Shown in pieces: positions 52,307-64,000 of a stretch of 64,000 nucleotides of DNA. The notes beneath the pieces are model-generated. The model was given only the letters and a program-made list of their open reading frames with translations, was not told the origin of the DNA and ran no database searches. The position numbers were made by a program, and so were the translations under genes. Within the stretch, counting starts at the first letter, position 1. Each line of letters starts with the position of its first letter. The stretch covers positions 7,874,001 through 7,938,000 of the forward strand of contig JAQFVV010000010.1 in the NCBI GenBank assembly GCA_028023455.1. Reading direction: 5' to 3'. Source of the stretch: Epiperipatus broadwayi (taxonomy: Eukaryota > Animalia > Onychophora).

Positions 52307-52768
52307 CAGGGGTGGGCAATTGTTTTGGCTTGGGGGCCGCATAGACTGGCAGAGGGCCGCATTGGGGCCACATTGTGGAAGTGAAGGTTAGTGGGGGGCC
52401 GCACCTTTTTTCATGACACAATAAACACACTGCTTTATTCCCTGTATTACCAAAGAAATGTTGTCCATTCTTCATTAAACACATAACATTCATCACCAAT
52501 TTTACATTTTTTTGGAGGGTTCATGGTTTCACTAAAGTTGGAAATGTATATGCTAATGCAAAGACAAAATTGAAATTAACCAAATCAACTGGAAAAGCAC
52601 TGCACATTGTATCTACACTGTGCATGTGTATTGATGTGGCCATTCTGGTGGAAAGTATGAGATGAATTTTCGGTCATGCATGGGAAGGAAATCTCAGTTC
52701 AAGGCAGATTTTTCTGATTGTCTTAACGGGCCGCATGTGGCTCTCGGGCCGCTATTTGCCCACCCCTG
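52307..52768 (-). mobile_element. hAT (Charlie/SPIN-like) internal-deletion derivative
   Basis: TIR CAGGGGTGGGCAA at both ends, exact 8-bp TSD ATCTACAT (52299-52306, 52769-52776), and a transposase N-terminal remnant (FFGNTGNKAVCLLCHE) on the minus strand. Confidence 0.93.
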
Positions 52769-54135
52769 ATCTACATGATGATCAACTTGGTTAACCAGTC
52801 TAGGCATTTTGCCATTGTTGGTTAAAGCTAACTTCTCATACTACTAAGAAAAGGATGAATAACAATAAATAAACCAGAAATCATCATCGATTAATTAAAT
52901 AATTCTTATTTCAAGAAATCTCATTTATTATAGTCAATTGTTGGTGGAAAATGGATAAAATGACTTATGGAATGCTGTCTCACTTCTTTAACAATAAATT
53001 GCTGAACTTTTTTCAATTGGAAATAATAGTAAATAGCTGATATATTTGGAAAAGTTATATTTATTAACTTCAAGTAAGTTGCTGATGTTTATTTTCAAAA
53101 GTCTTGTAAAATAATTATTTTCTCTACTTCAAGAAAGTGTGCATATGAAGTCTCAATATTGTGAATTTATCTCATCTTTAACTTATGGATGAAAAAGCGT
53201 TAAATAATTTTTCAACTCAAATGTGCCTCCATATTGAAGAAACGCTTAACTTTAATTCAAAAATTAATGAAAATCGCAGTGTTTATAAATAATAAAATAT
53301 TTGCTTGATCAGATATATGATCAGAAATATTAGTAACATGGATAAATGAATTCTAATCCTTTGGATAAAATTATAACATCTTTTCAGATGGATTAAATTG
53401 CTGTGTGTAATAAACTTCGAATGTGTCTCCAATGCTTAAAGAAATGCAATATGAATTACCATGACTTAATATTTAAATATCATTAGATGGATAATAGATT
53501 ATGAAAACTAAATATTTAAATGTCACTCCTGAATTTTGGATTATCAAAGCAAATATTAAATATGATAAACATCAAAGTTATAAGAAATCTTAAAATGGAT
53601 TAACATGTTAAATATAACTTACCTTGGATTAACAAGGATGGTAAATGACATTATTAATCTTGATATTGTGTTCAAAAAGGATTACATTACAAAATGAAAT
53701 TAATTGTGGTTCACATCATCTTTGATGCTATTATTTTAAAAGTATTTGTAAATTCCCAAGAACTTTCATTGGGATAAATTTTAAATCATCATAACCATTG
53801 GAGAATTATTTAATGTACCTTCTCATAATTGCTTCTTTCTTAGTTAATTATTATTATTATTAATTTAATAAAATGTCATCAGATACTACTATGCTTAGGT
53901 GCAGGTAATATTTTTATTTAATATTATGGTATTATTGGTGTATTGAATGGGATACAATGTGATTTATTTTAGGCTTAGGTTGTATAAATGTAAGTAACTA
54001 TTAAACTTATATAAAACTGTGCATTATTGCAATTATATGTTTTATGGGTTCTTAAGTTTCAAACTCAAAGTTAAATGGAGATCATCATCCTTATTAGAAA
54101 TATGAATGTTTTCTAAAGTACAGGCTCTTTCATAC

Positions 54136-54310
54136 CTGCACTTATATATGTAAAATATAGGGGGTTTGAACTCAGACTTTCACATGATCCTCAACCATCC
54201 ATGCTATATCATAACACTGATACACTTGATCACACACATATCGAAAAGATAAATAATTACCAATATCGTATTTCGTACTAAACCAGCACTCGTCAGTTGG
54301 TCCAGATTAT
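54136..54310 (-). mobile_element. F3 hammerhead-repeat copy (HHR and downstream part)
   Basis: Colinear with 3434-3600 and 5497-5645. Confidence 0.85.
54259..54301 (-). ncRNA. Type I hammerhead (F3), intact core
   Basis: ACCAA-CTGACGA-GTGCT-GGTTT-AGTAC-GAAA-TACGATA^-TTGGT; AUA triplet; helix III has a 1-nt deletion relative to the other copies. Confidence 0.8.
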
Positions 54311-54814
54311 TTAGATAAGTAGATCTGTAAGGAATATTTTGTGCATCACTCTTGTATGTTATTTTTAATATTTCAAATGTTATATAGTACATAACCAGAC
54401 ATCCTAATGATTTAGTTATATATTTTGTTAGTAGAGTATCACTTCTAGTATTTAAGCCTACAAATGAATCCAGTAAAGGATCTTGATGAAATAAATAAAC
54501 CCTTTGTCATAAATATCATTTAGATATGCTAAGCAATAATTGCCTCTCTTCTTTTAAAAGAGTGAAAACTTCTCCAGCATTATTAAGTGAGATTCCAGCA
54601 TTATTAAGTGAGATTGATTAATAATCGATTAGTTAGTGAAACAAACTAATTAAGGACCACATAGAGCATTTATCATTATGATGATGATTATCATCCTCCA
54701 GTATTTGAATTGAGGATAACAACCTATTCCTATTTAATGTTAATGCCCTAGCAACACTGTCTGATAATATATTTTTCATATTCGAAGTTCAAATTAGATT
54801 TAGGAAACAAATAT

Positions 54815-54825
54815 AAGATGGCGGC
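54815..54825 (+). promoter_or_regulatory. YY1-like motif in a small CpG-enriched patch, possibly a host promoter
   Basis: AAGATGGCGGC matches the YY1 consensus. The ATG opens only 20 codons. Confidence 0.35.
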
Positions 54826-55074
54826 TGAAAAGTCGCTATCTTGTGTCGTGGTTTATGAGGTCCCTCTATCGGCAAAATAATATTGCTTGACTATTAGAAA
54901 TTTTAAGGTGCATTCGTTACAGGTTAAAGCCTGTTTAAGTATTTACATATAATTACAATTAGACATTTTATATAATTTTCTTATTTTGTCATTTATTTTA
55001 TATTACGTAATAAAGCAATTAATTTTTTAATACTTCTCTTTTGTCGTTATTAAAAAAACATTGTCACTGCATAT

Positions 55075-55284
55075 ATCACATGATCACCATCTCTTATACT
55101 AGCACATAATTGTTATTAAACAAGGCAAAACTCTCCATACAGTAATCCCACCTGTGCCAACCAGAGTAATCAATGGATGCCAGAAGGCTTGTGCCAGAAA
55201 CTAGTCTGGGGATATTGGATGAGTAGGCACTGGCATCTATTGATTACTGTGGTTGGCACAGGGTGGCAAGTATGGAGAGTTTTA
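55075..55284. mobile_element. Small F1 inverted composite containing half an HHR
   Basis: Minus arm 55075-55193; plus arm from gccagaaactagtctgggga to 55284. Possible imperfect TSD TCACT(G/A)CAT(A/G)T at 55064-55074 and 55285-55295. Confidence 0.85.
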
Positions 55285-56367
55285 TCACTACATGTATACA
55301 AGATAAAGATCATATTTAAGATGTTATAATCATACATACATTTATTTGGATTAAATACATCATTATTGTATTGATGGTATCTGAGCTACAAAAGTATTGG
55401 GTAATATGATGTATATAAAATCCCTTTGATATTATCGTATCCTAGAATGCATCAACACAATTTACATCCATGCATTTATTTTCTTATTTTATATAACCCT
55501 GAGATAAATCATTAATCAACTTTTTATATTAAAATTACTAGACTTAGTTTAAAACACAGATTAAGTTACTATTAATTAATTCTTATTGTAACAAACATTT
55601 TATGTGAAAAAGATTTTTTAGTAAAATATAAGATGAATGAGATTATACATATTATTGAATAACTGAAAAATGAATTTATTATTTTATTAAATGTGAATCT
55701 ATATATATAGAATAATTTTAACTTATGCGGAAATATATAAAACTTGTATGTATTGCGAAATGCAAGTCAAATTAAGGATAGTCACACTTCTCCATATTAT
55801 CTGCAAAAGATCTCAACCGACTTCCTTTTGGTTTCAATTTATATATTAGAAATCCATCTTTTGATTTTTTTAAAAGTAAACTGATAATGACTATACAGTA
55901 AAGTCAACATGATTAGATTTTTTTTTTTTTAAAAAAAAGGAAAAATGACTTACGGCTTTTATTTTATAAATTGTCATGTGACATTTTCTAGCCTACATTA
56001 TGCAGGAGTGGTACCCATAGCCTAATTAAAACATTAGATTAGCTAAGTAGGCAATAAATTCTTAATTAATACTATACATAACATACTTCTTTACTTGTAT
56101 ATTAATAGTCGAGTAATGACATTTCTGTTCATTCTAAAATTAATCAGCAAAAAACCTAATATCGCCTATCAAAAGAACAATTAGCTAGAAATGAGATTCT
56201 AATTGCACAAAGTTCATTGGTATTAGATAATCGATTATATATTTAAATGGCATTTATATTTTGCACACTTTTTATTTTTTGATAAACTGACGATTATTAA
56301 ATCAAAGTATCACATGTTTTTTTAGTTTATCTGACAGCAGTAACTTTTATTTTTTAATTTTCCTTTC

Positions 56368-56585
56368 CATGTGTCATAGCATCGGCCGGGAAAGCGAACC
56401 CGCTAACCCGGGACAACTGCTTGTAAGGCAGCTGTGCTGACCTCTCGACCACCAACGCTTGACTAATTTTTTAATTTTTTTTTTTCTCCATGTGTCATAG
56501 CATCAGCTGGGAAGCGAACCTGCTAACTGGGGACAACTACTTGCAAAGCAGCTGTCACTGACCTCTCGACCACCAATGCTTGACT
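56368..56585 (-). mobile_element. Two tandem copies of the tRNA-Gly-derived SINE (period 121 bp)
   Basis: Reverse complement agtcaagcgttggtggtc...gctgccttacaagcagtt...gggttagcgggttcgcttt..cccggccgatgctatgacacatg at 56368-56464 and 56489-56585. Confidence 0.88.
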
Positions 56586-57279
56586 AATTTTCTAATTTTG
56601 TATCCTAAATTATGCAGCTTTCCATCAATCAGTATAACCAGATTTTCATTACCATTTTTTAAAAAGTAAAGTCTTTTTCTTATGGAGGCCATTGTCCTGC
56701 AGGAAATAATATTTAAACAAATGGAAGAGAAATTCATATTTTTTAGTTTTACAGAAATTATATGACATGTGATAAGAAAATTTTTTAAAAGAAAAACAAT
56801 ACAAGAAAAAAATATAATTATAAAAATTTGGAGAACATAATAAATAAACATGAAAAAAATGGTTTAGATTTTGTACAGGTTTATCTATAAGAAAGGGATA
56901 TTTGCAATTTATATAATTGGCTCCAACATTTTAAAATTTTACAGTACATAAAGAGACATGTATGTGGCATTTTATGAAGATTTGAAATATTAAATGTTTT
57001 AGTTTGATTTAAAAGATATCAATATTTAGTTATTTAAATAAATATATAAAAAAGTCTGCCTATATATACAGTATATATATTTTTAGAAAGTGTGTCATAT
57101 TCCTGCATTATATGAATAATATCAAATAATCTTTCCTGAAACAAATGCACATATAAATAATATTGACATTTAGCTATATATATATACTCGCACACAAAAT
57201 TGTTGTTAACAAATTCGTACTTGTTAGCTATTTAAATTTTCATCCAGATATACCATATTTCTACTTTCAATTTAACTTA

Positions 57280-57471
<192 letters not shown>

Positions 57472-57739
57472 TCACTATCATTTGATTTTTATATACAATT
57501 AATTAATCATTAATATTACTGTCAAACTTTTATTACTCTATTTCCTGCATAAATTAAAATTTACAAAAATAATGAATTAAAATAATTTACTGAGTAAAAA
57601 ATTTGGTTCACCATAAAGCAAAAATAATCAGATCATTTTTTAAAAAAATATTATTTCCTAAAAATATATAATCTCCTAATTGTGGGTCCATGCTACCATT
57701 TGATGGATGTTTTATTTAGTTATGTATATTGCAGGTCAC

Positions 57740-60243
57740 TTTTGATTGAATGAAGATTACATTAACTGGAAGAATTGTCTAATATTAAATGGGATATTGT
57801 TAGATTTTGTGAAGTTTATATAAGAAAAAGTACAAAGTGACTGATTTGAAAGTAGACATTTACAAAGGCACAGATATTAGAAGAACAAATGGTGTGGATC
57901 CATTATAAATAAAAAATGGAAGAATAACATTATGGAGATTGATAATATATCAGGCAGAGTGGCAAGATTAATTATTTAATTTAATAGAAGATGCCAAATG
58001 TTTCTGCCCCAACAATTTCCTACGGTGATGAAATAAATAATTTTTATATAGATATACCAAGTGCTTTTGATCACATCAAAAATATTTTAAAATTATCATA
58101 GAAGACTTTAATGCTAGAACTGGAAAATGATTGAGAGATGAAAGTACTGTGGATAAATTTAGCTAGAGTAATAAAAATAAGAGAATATGTAGATTTATGG
58201 AGTTTGCAGAAAAATTGTTATTAATAATTTCTTCTTTGAGAAAAATGTTTAACATAAATAAACATAAAAATATTTAAATGAAGATACAGTATAATCAGAA
58301 TATATTTTGCAAACAGAAAATTATGTATGGCCATGAGCAATGATTAGTAGATATGTGGCATATAGAAAGGGACAAAAACTGTAGAAAAAAAAAGTATTAA
58401 TTGATATTTCTAACCTTCAAAAACAATTCAAATTAAAACTTGCTAATCATTTATAAATATTAACAGATTTTGAAGATGCTCAAATTTAGCTGAAATTAAT
58501 CAATAAGAAGGTAACTCATTCTCTATTAAAAAATGTCAAAGATAACTGCTGCAAAAAAGTAGCACTTCAACAGTAAATTTTTTACTGAGATAAGACAATG
58601 TGTGAAGAAGAAAAGGAATATGAAAATATTTAAAAGTGATCCATTAAAAATAATCAAATATCTGAAGTTCTATAAAATAGTATAAAAAACTTAATAATGT
58701 GAGAAAATATCATTGTAAATTGGCAAAGTAAGTTATAGAAAAGATATAAAATTCTCAAAACTACAAAACAACATCTTGGTATTGAAAAAACAATTAATTC
58801 TGTAATAAGAAGAAAAGACAAAGTATGTGCTAAGGTTATTGTCCAGTATTTTAAATGAAGAAGTGACATGTAGTTACAACTATAAAGAAGGAGAAAGTTC
58901 CAGGAAATTATGGAATTATTTACATCTTACAGGAAGCAGGTTAAAATTGTTAGTAAAACTATATACCAAATGTCTAAATAATATATAACAGATGATTGGA
59001 ATAATACAATATTTAAGAAAGGTGATAAAAAAAATATTAGAAATTATTGATTTGTCAATCATCTAACATTCCAATATGAAATTTTTACCAAAATAATTAC
59101 AGCTTATCTATTATAAACTTTGGATTCTAACCAACCAAAAGAACAAATTGTGATTTAAAGATAGTTTTAGCACAGTAGATCACATTTAAGTGTTAAAAAA
59201 CGTTGTAGAAAAGACCAGTGATGATTAAAATTGTGGATCATCAAAATATAGAAAACTGGATATTATCATACTCTGAAGAATATTTATCAAAATACAATAG
59301 CATGATTAGATTACATTGTGATAGTAAAATGACTGACATTGATAATGGCACTTGGTAGGGTGATTCTACATTAATAAGAACATATGATAAGGTGATTCCA
59401 TGTCTCCAAATCTTTTTACAAGTTTTATAAGAAGTATTTTATAGATTAAATTGGGAGTTAAGGGAATAAATGTAAATAGAATTTATTTAAATCATCTAGA
59501 GTTTGCAGATGATGCCATTGTTTTTGCAAGTAATATTTCAGAACTACAGGAAATGTAAAAGTTATAAGATAAAAATAAAAAAGTAGGATTAAAAATAAAT
59601 ATTAAAAATACTAAAATAATATTCAATAGATTTTATCAGAAGAAAAAATGATAATGATAAATTAGAACTTAACAACTACAACACCTTAGTCAGATTATTA
59701 AAACATATAGAAACATATTGAATGAATTTAATCATGAGTTAAGCTGGGATGAAATGCTTTTGGTAGAAATAATATTAAAAAAAAAAGCCTATGTATTTGA
59801 AAAGAAAGCTTTTTATTATAAATCTCATCAGTTTTTACTTATGGATCTAAGATTTGGATACTTAACACAAGAGTAATGTGGTAACTTCAGACCATTTGAA
59901 AAAATATGGACAGATAAATGTGAGAAATAAGAAGGGATCAAAAGTGAAATAGTTAAATAAATGAACAAACAGGCATCAATGACATCATAAAAAAAAAAAA
60001 GAGAGACTGAAACAAAGCTGTATTGGACCTAGTTCTAAAAGAGATGACAATAGATGGACAGTTAAAAACTTAAACTGGATCCTAAGGGATTTAAATGACC
60101 TAAAAAGAGATTACATGTGAGAAGAATGGCTGAAATAAAGAAGCTTGTGTCATGTGGAGGAGCTATGAATTGAAAAACTGGATTAAACTTCAAGAGACTT
60201 TCATCCTGCAGTGGACCAAAAATGGTTGAAAATGATGATGATT
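57740..60243 (+). mobile_element. Near-full-length, heavily decayed RTE LINE
   Basis: APE start (LEELSNIKWDIV), RT FADD (tttgcagatgat at about 59501), 3' end ttcatcctgcagtgga...tgatgatga matching the 4.1 and 40.8 kb copies. Confidence 0.85.
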
Positions 60244-60992
60244 TAAATGATTTTGTAAAGTTATTTTATAAGAATTAGAAGAATATTGAGATTTATAAAA
60301 ATGCCATAAATATATACACAATAAATAGAAATATATATATATTGTGAATTCTAAGTATATTCAGGAAATTTGTGGATAATACAGCAGATCTATACCATAG
60401 TTTCAATGTAATGCTATTGATAATTTATCAATTTTTGTTGACCATGGTATTTAATAAACATGATTTAATTCTAATATAATAAAATAATTTCTGGAAATCT
60501 TTTAAAACATAATTATTTCTGCTTCTGCATAGATAAATTCTTACTACATTATAATGACTTTTCAGAACTTTAATTATTTTTTTGTGTGAATACTCTAGTA
60601 ATTCACTATTATATAAAAAAAATGTTGATAAATCATTGTATGTTAATTTGTTAGAAATCTTGTGTTATTTGTTTGAAAAATTCTTAAATTATTGAATTTG
60701 TTCTTGTCTGATATCATTAAAACTTGTATCAAGTAGAATTTAATACAGCAGTAGTAGATCAGAATTAAATACTAAAGTTCATTGATACATTAACAATTGA
60801 ATAAAATAAAATAAAAACAATAAAACCCTTGAATTGGGTTAATTTAAAAGAATTGTTACGCTCAACCTAACACTACACTGCTTGGATATCATATAATTTT
60901 CTAAATTATTAATCAAACAATTATATATATATATATGATAAACAAAACAAGTTATAAATTTTGTAACTGGCTTTTAGCTTGCATTTTATGAT

Positions 60993-61071
60993 CACTAGAT
61001 GGAGTTTTACCAATAGCTCCTAACAAGCTTGTGTTTACATAAACGCAGAGGGAGATAGACTCCATCTAGTG
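60993..61071. mobile_element. 79-bp CACTA-type micro-element
   Basis: Perfect 13-bp TIR CACTAGATGGAGT / ACTCCATCTAGTG flanked by AT on both sides. Confidence 0.65.
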
Positions 61072-62059
61072 ATAATATATATATTGTTGAATTGGTTTCA
61101 GGGCACTAATGCAGTGTGTGTGTATATATTATAATAGAATCTCTAGATGAGACTTAATATTATCTTTAAGAAAGTTTTTGTTGTATCTATTTTCAATTCT
61201 CAGGTAAGTTTGGTTTATTGTAAAACTTTTTCATTTTATTTAAAATAGTTTTTAATTGTTTACACTTAAGTGTAAATACATTATTGAATAAGTAATGAAA
61301 TAATGAGAAGTTTACAATCAGAAATTAAAATAATAATAATTATTTTAATTGTAATATTTATTTAACTGTAATAAGTTATAATACATTTGATATAAGAAAG
61401 TATTTAAGATATTTAAAAAATGTAAAATCATATTTATTTAAATGCCAGATAATTCTAAATTGTTGTTGGATAGTATGGTATATCTCTAGATGAATTCTAA
61501 AATTTTATAGTAATGCTGATAAAAATATAGATATTCTAAGAGGATATGTACTATCTTAAAAAAATATATTTGTTTACTTCAAATATAACTTTCATAAGAT
61601 TTGGATTTCTTGTTTGCCCAGAATTTCAAATCATCAAATGGTTGAATTTTAAAAAAGATGTTTTGCTAGAAAAATCAATAAAGTAAAGAGGGGGCATTGC
61701 TTAACATATTCCTGAAATGCTGTTGGTATACCTGCCAAAATTCTACCAACATGGCAAGAATAGAAGTCATCCAAGTAATTCTGAAAAAAAAAAAAAATTA
61801 AAATAAATTTAAATCAGCCTACCTACAAAAATAACAGAAATTTATCACTATTAGAAGAAATCTTTGGAGGATAATTATTGACATCTACAGAAATCACAAA
61901 GCATAAATATTTCCAAGAACTGTTTGATTTTCATTTAACTAGATCAAGAACAATAGACTATTCATTCAAAGTTTTAAAAGTTGTCTTAATGGAACTTAAT
62001 TGCACTTAATATTATTCTTCTGAATTTCTTATTGGCTCCAGGAGGATCAGAATAAAATA

Positions 62060-62971
62060 CACCTGGTTTCGTTTTATATGGATTATTTTAATGCGATTTT
62101 GAAGTTATGCGATTCATGTTTCTTCTTAATATCCTTCATATTTCACTATATTTATTAGATATTAATAAATTTAAATAATTAATAACTTATTTTGACTTGA
62201 AATACTTTTTTTTCAAAAATATAACGTTATATTAGCAGCTAACGTGAATATGGCCTGAAGATGTATTTAGAATCTTAGCTTCTATGTAAATAACCTACTT
62301 ATACTAATGAGTAAATAATAATAATAATAGATTTATATGTACATATAAAAATATCACAATAAATATTCAAAAATTTTAAACTTTTAAAACGTATTTTGTT
62401 AGATATTAACAGAAATAAATAATTTTTTAGATTTTTTAATAAATAAATAATAACGAAGATTTTATTGATTTTATAAACTGAAAATAATCTTTCTAATGAT
62501 AATGTATAATTTTTTTGTTTTGATTGCGATCTCATTTTTTTAATATAGAAACAGAAAACCATTAACACAGCTCAAGACTGAAAGTGGTGCTAGTTGTACA
62601 TCACGTCATGAATCTGATTTCTTATTAGTTCACAAACGAACGCATATTGTCAAACAGCGATAATGATTAAAATATGTATGAAAAAATGTAAAATTAAATA
62701 CTGTAGTTAATAAAAAAAGTAAAAAAAGTTTGTCTTGTATTAATTTTTTTCAAATATTTGAAATTTTTTATTAGTCATACTTTATTTCCTTATTTTTTTA
62801 ATGTGAATTTTTAAGTAATGTTTCCTTGTTGCTTTGCTTTTATGCGACTTCTGAAAATTACTGGAACATATATCCCCCATTTTTCAAGATAAGTTATGTT
62901 TATTTTTATGCGATTTCTTTTGTGCGCATTTTCTGAGGAACCTATCTACCGCATAAAATGAGACTCAGGTG
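62060..62971. mobile_element. Tc1/mariner (Tigger/pogo-like) non-autonomous element
   Basis: Imperfect TIRs (TA|CACCTGGTTTCGTTTTATATGG versus TA|CACCTGAGTCTCATTTTATGCGG) and subterminal ATGCGA repeats at both ends. Confidence 0.75.
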
Positions 62972-63416
62972 TAATTATTTATAAAGACTTTTAAATGCAG
63001 GACTTTTAATTATTTTTTTCTTTGAATAAAAAAATCTAAATTTATTTTTATTTGTTATTACCATGCAATGTTTTCTTTTTTTATCTTTATCACTCCCAAA
63101 GAAAATTTTATGCATACCAGGTAAATATTTAAAAAAAACAACAACATATACATATATGCACATATACACTACAATGTATTGTATCAATGAGTGAATTATA
63201 TATATATTATGTATCTCAGAAAATACAGCTTAATCATGAGTTATTTGAAATATTTAAGAAATATTTTTAACATACTTAAATAATTGTTTCCAAGATAGGA
63301 TGAATCTATTTGATGTTGTTACATCAGTAGAGTTGTACGTATCATTAATGAGGGTAGCATTGTTATAAATTTAAATTGTGTTAGCATATATATCTTTAAG
63401 GGTAAGGTCTTTCTTT

Positions 63417-63520
63417 TTTTTTCTCATGTGTCATAGCATCAGCCAGGAAGCGAACCCGCTAACCCGGGACAATTGCTTGTAAAGCAGTGGTAGCTGACCT
63501 CCCGACCACCAATGCTCGAC
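63417..63520 (-). mobile_element. tRNA-Gly-derived SINE with A-tail and TSD
   Basis: Same sequence as the 56.4-kb copies. 12-bp TSD AGGTCTTTCTTT at 63405-63416 and 63521-63532. Confidence 0.9.
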
Positions 63521-64000
63521 AGGTCTTTCTTTATTTCACTTAGTGTTAGAATACATAACTATATTTAGATATAGAAGTGATAAATTTTTCTTTGTCTAGT
63601 TTGTAAGATACATGCACACATATTTGTGATATTTGTCTTGAGTAAATAATTATAAGTTAGCTTGGATACAGCTTTGTTAGGAATCTTTAGATGCACCAAT
63701 ATATGAAATAATTAGATATGTTTGAGGTAGAGATACTAGTATATCCAAAAAAAGCATATATATATAATGATAATTTCTTTAGCTTAACATTTAATAAATT
63801 TACATTGTTAATAATGATAATATTCATTAAGGCTGTAGCCTCAAGCACATACGTATAAAATGCGATAGTAGGGACCTCTACAGGTCTTAAAACCACAAGC
63901 TTACTCATTGGAAGAAAAGAGGATAATGATAATCTTTGTCAAGTTTTCTCTTTCCAGATGAATAGAAGAAATTTATGAAAACTGATTCATCTTAGTATTT

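Noticed and set aside
61150-61210. Possible exon ending CAG|gtaagt (MRLNIIFKKVFVVSIFNSQ)
   Set aside because: The donor is strong but the acceptor is weak, there is no homology and no linked exon; too little support.

Overview
Very AT-rich, transposon-dense eukaryotic DNA, probably from an invertebrate (inference from composition and TE content). No intact host CDS can be supported; there is one weak exon candidate and a few promoter/insulator-like motifs. The main signal, read by eye, is three unrelated families of short repeats that each carry a type I hammerhead ribozyme (HHR). F1 has a 445-457-bp unit, F2 a 436-bp unit, and F3 is at least 309 bp. Each has a canonical CTGANGA...GAAA core and a short palindromic helix III, the form known from Penelope-like elements (PLEs) and non-LTR retrozymes. 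F1 and F2 insertions are built as an inverted partial copy plus forward copies, F1 in tandem units, and several are flanked by 9-15-bp target-site duplications (TSDs). A PLE (RT plus GIY-YIG) at 36.0-39.7 kb has the same inverted architecture and a 16-bp TSD. F1 and F2 also share a ~21-nt motif near their 3' ends. Together this suggests several retrozyme-like RNAs copied by a PLE machinery. That class is known; whether these families are described cannot be judged without a search. The rest is decayed RTE LINEs, other LINE remnants, a Gypsy remnant, a tRNA-Gly-derived SINE and several non-autonomous DNA elements.
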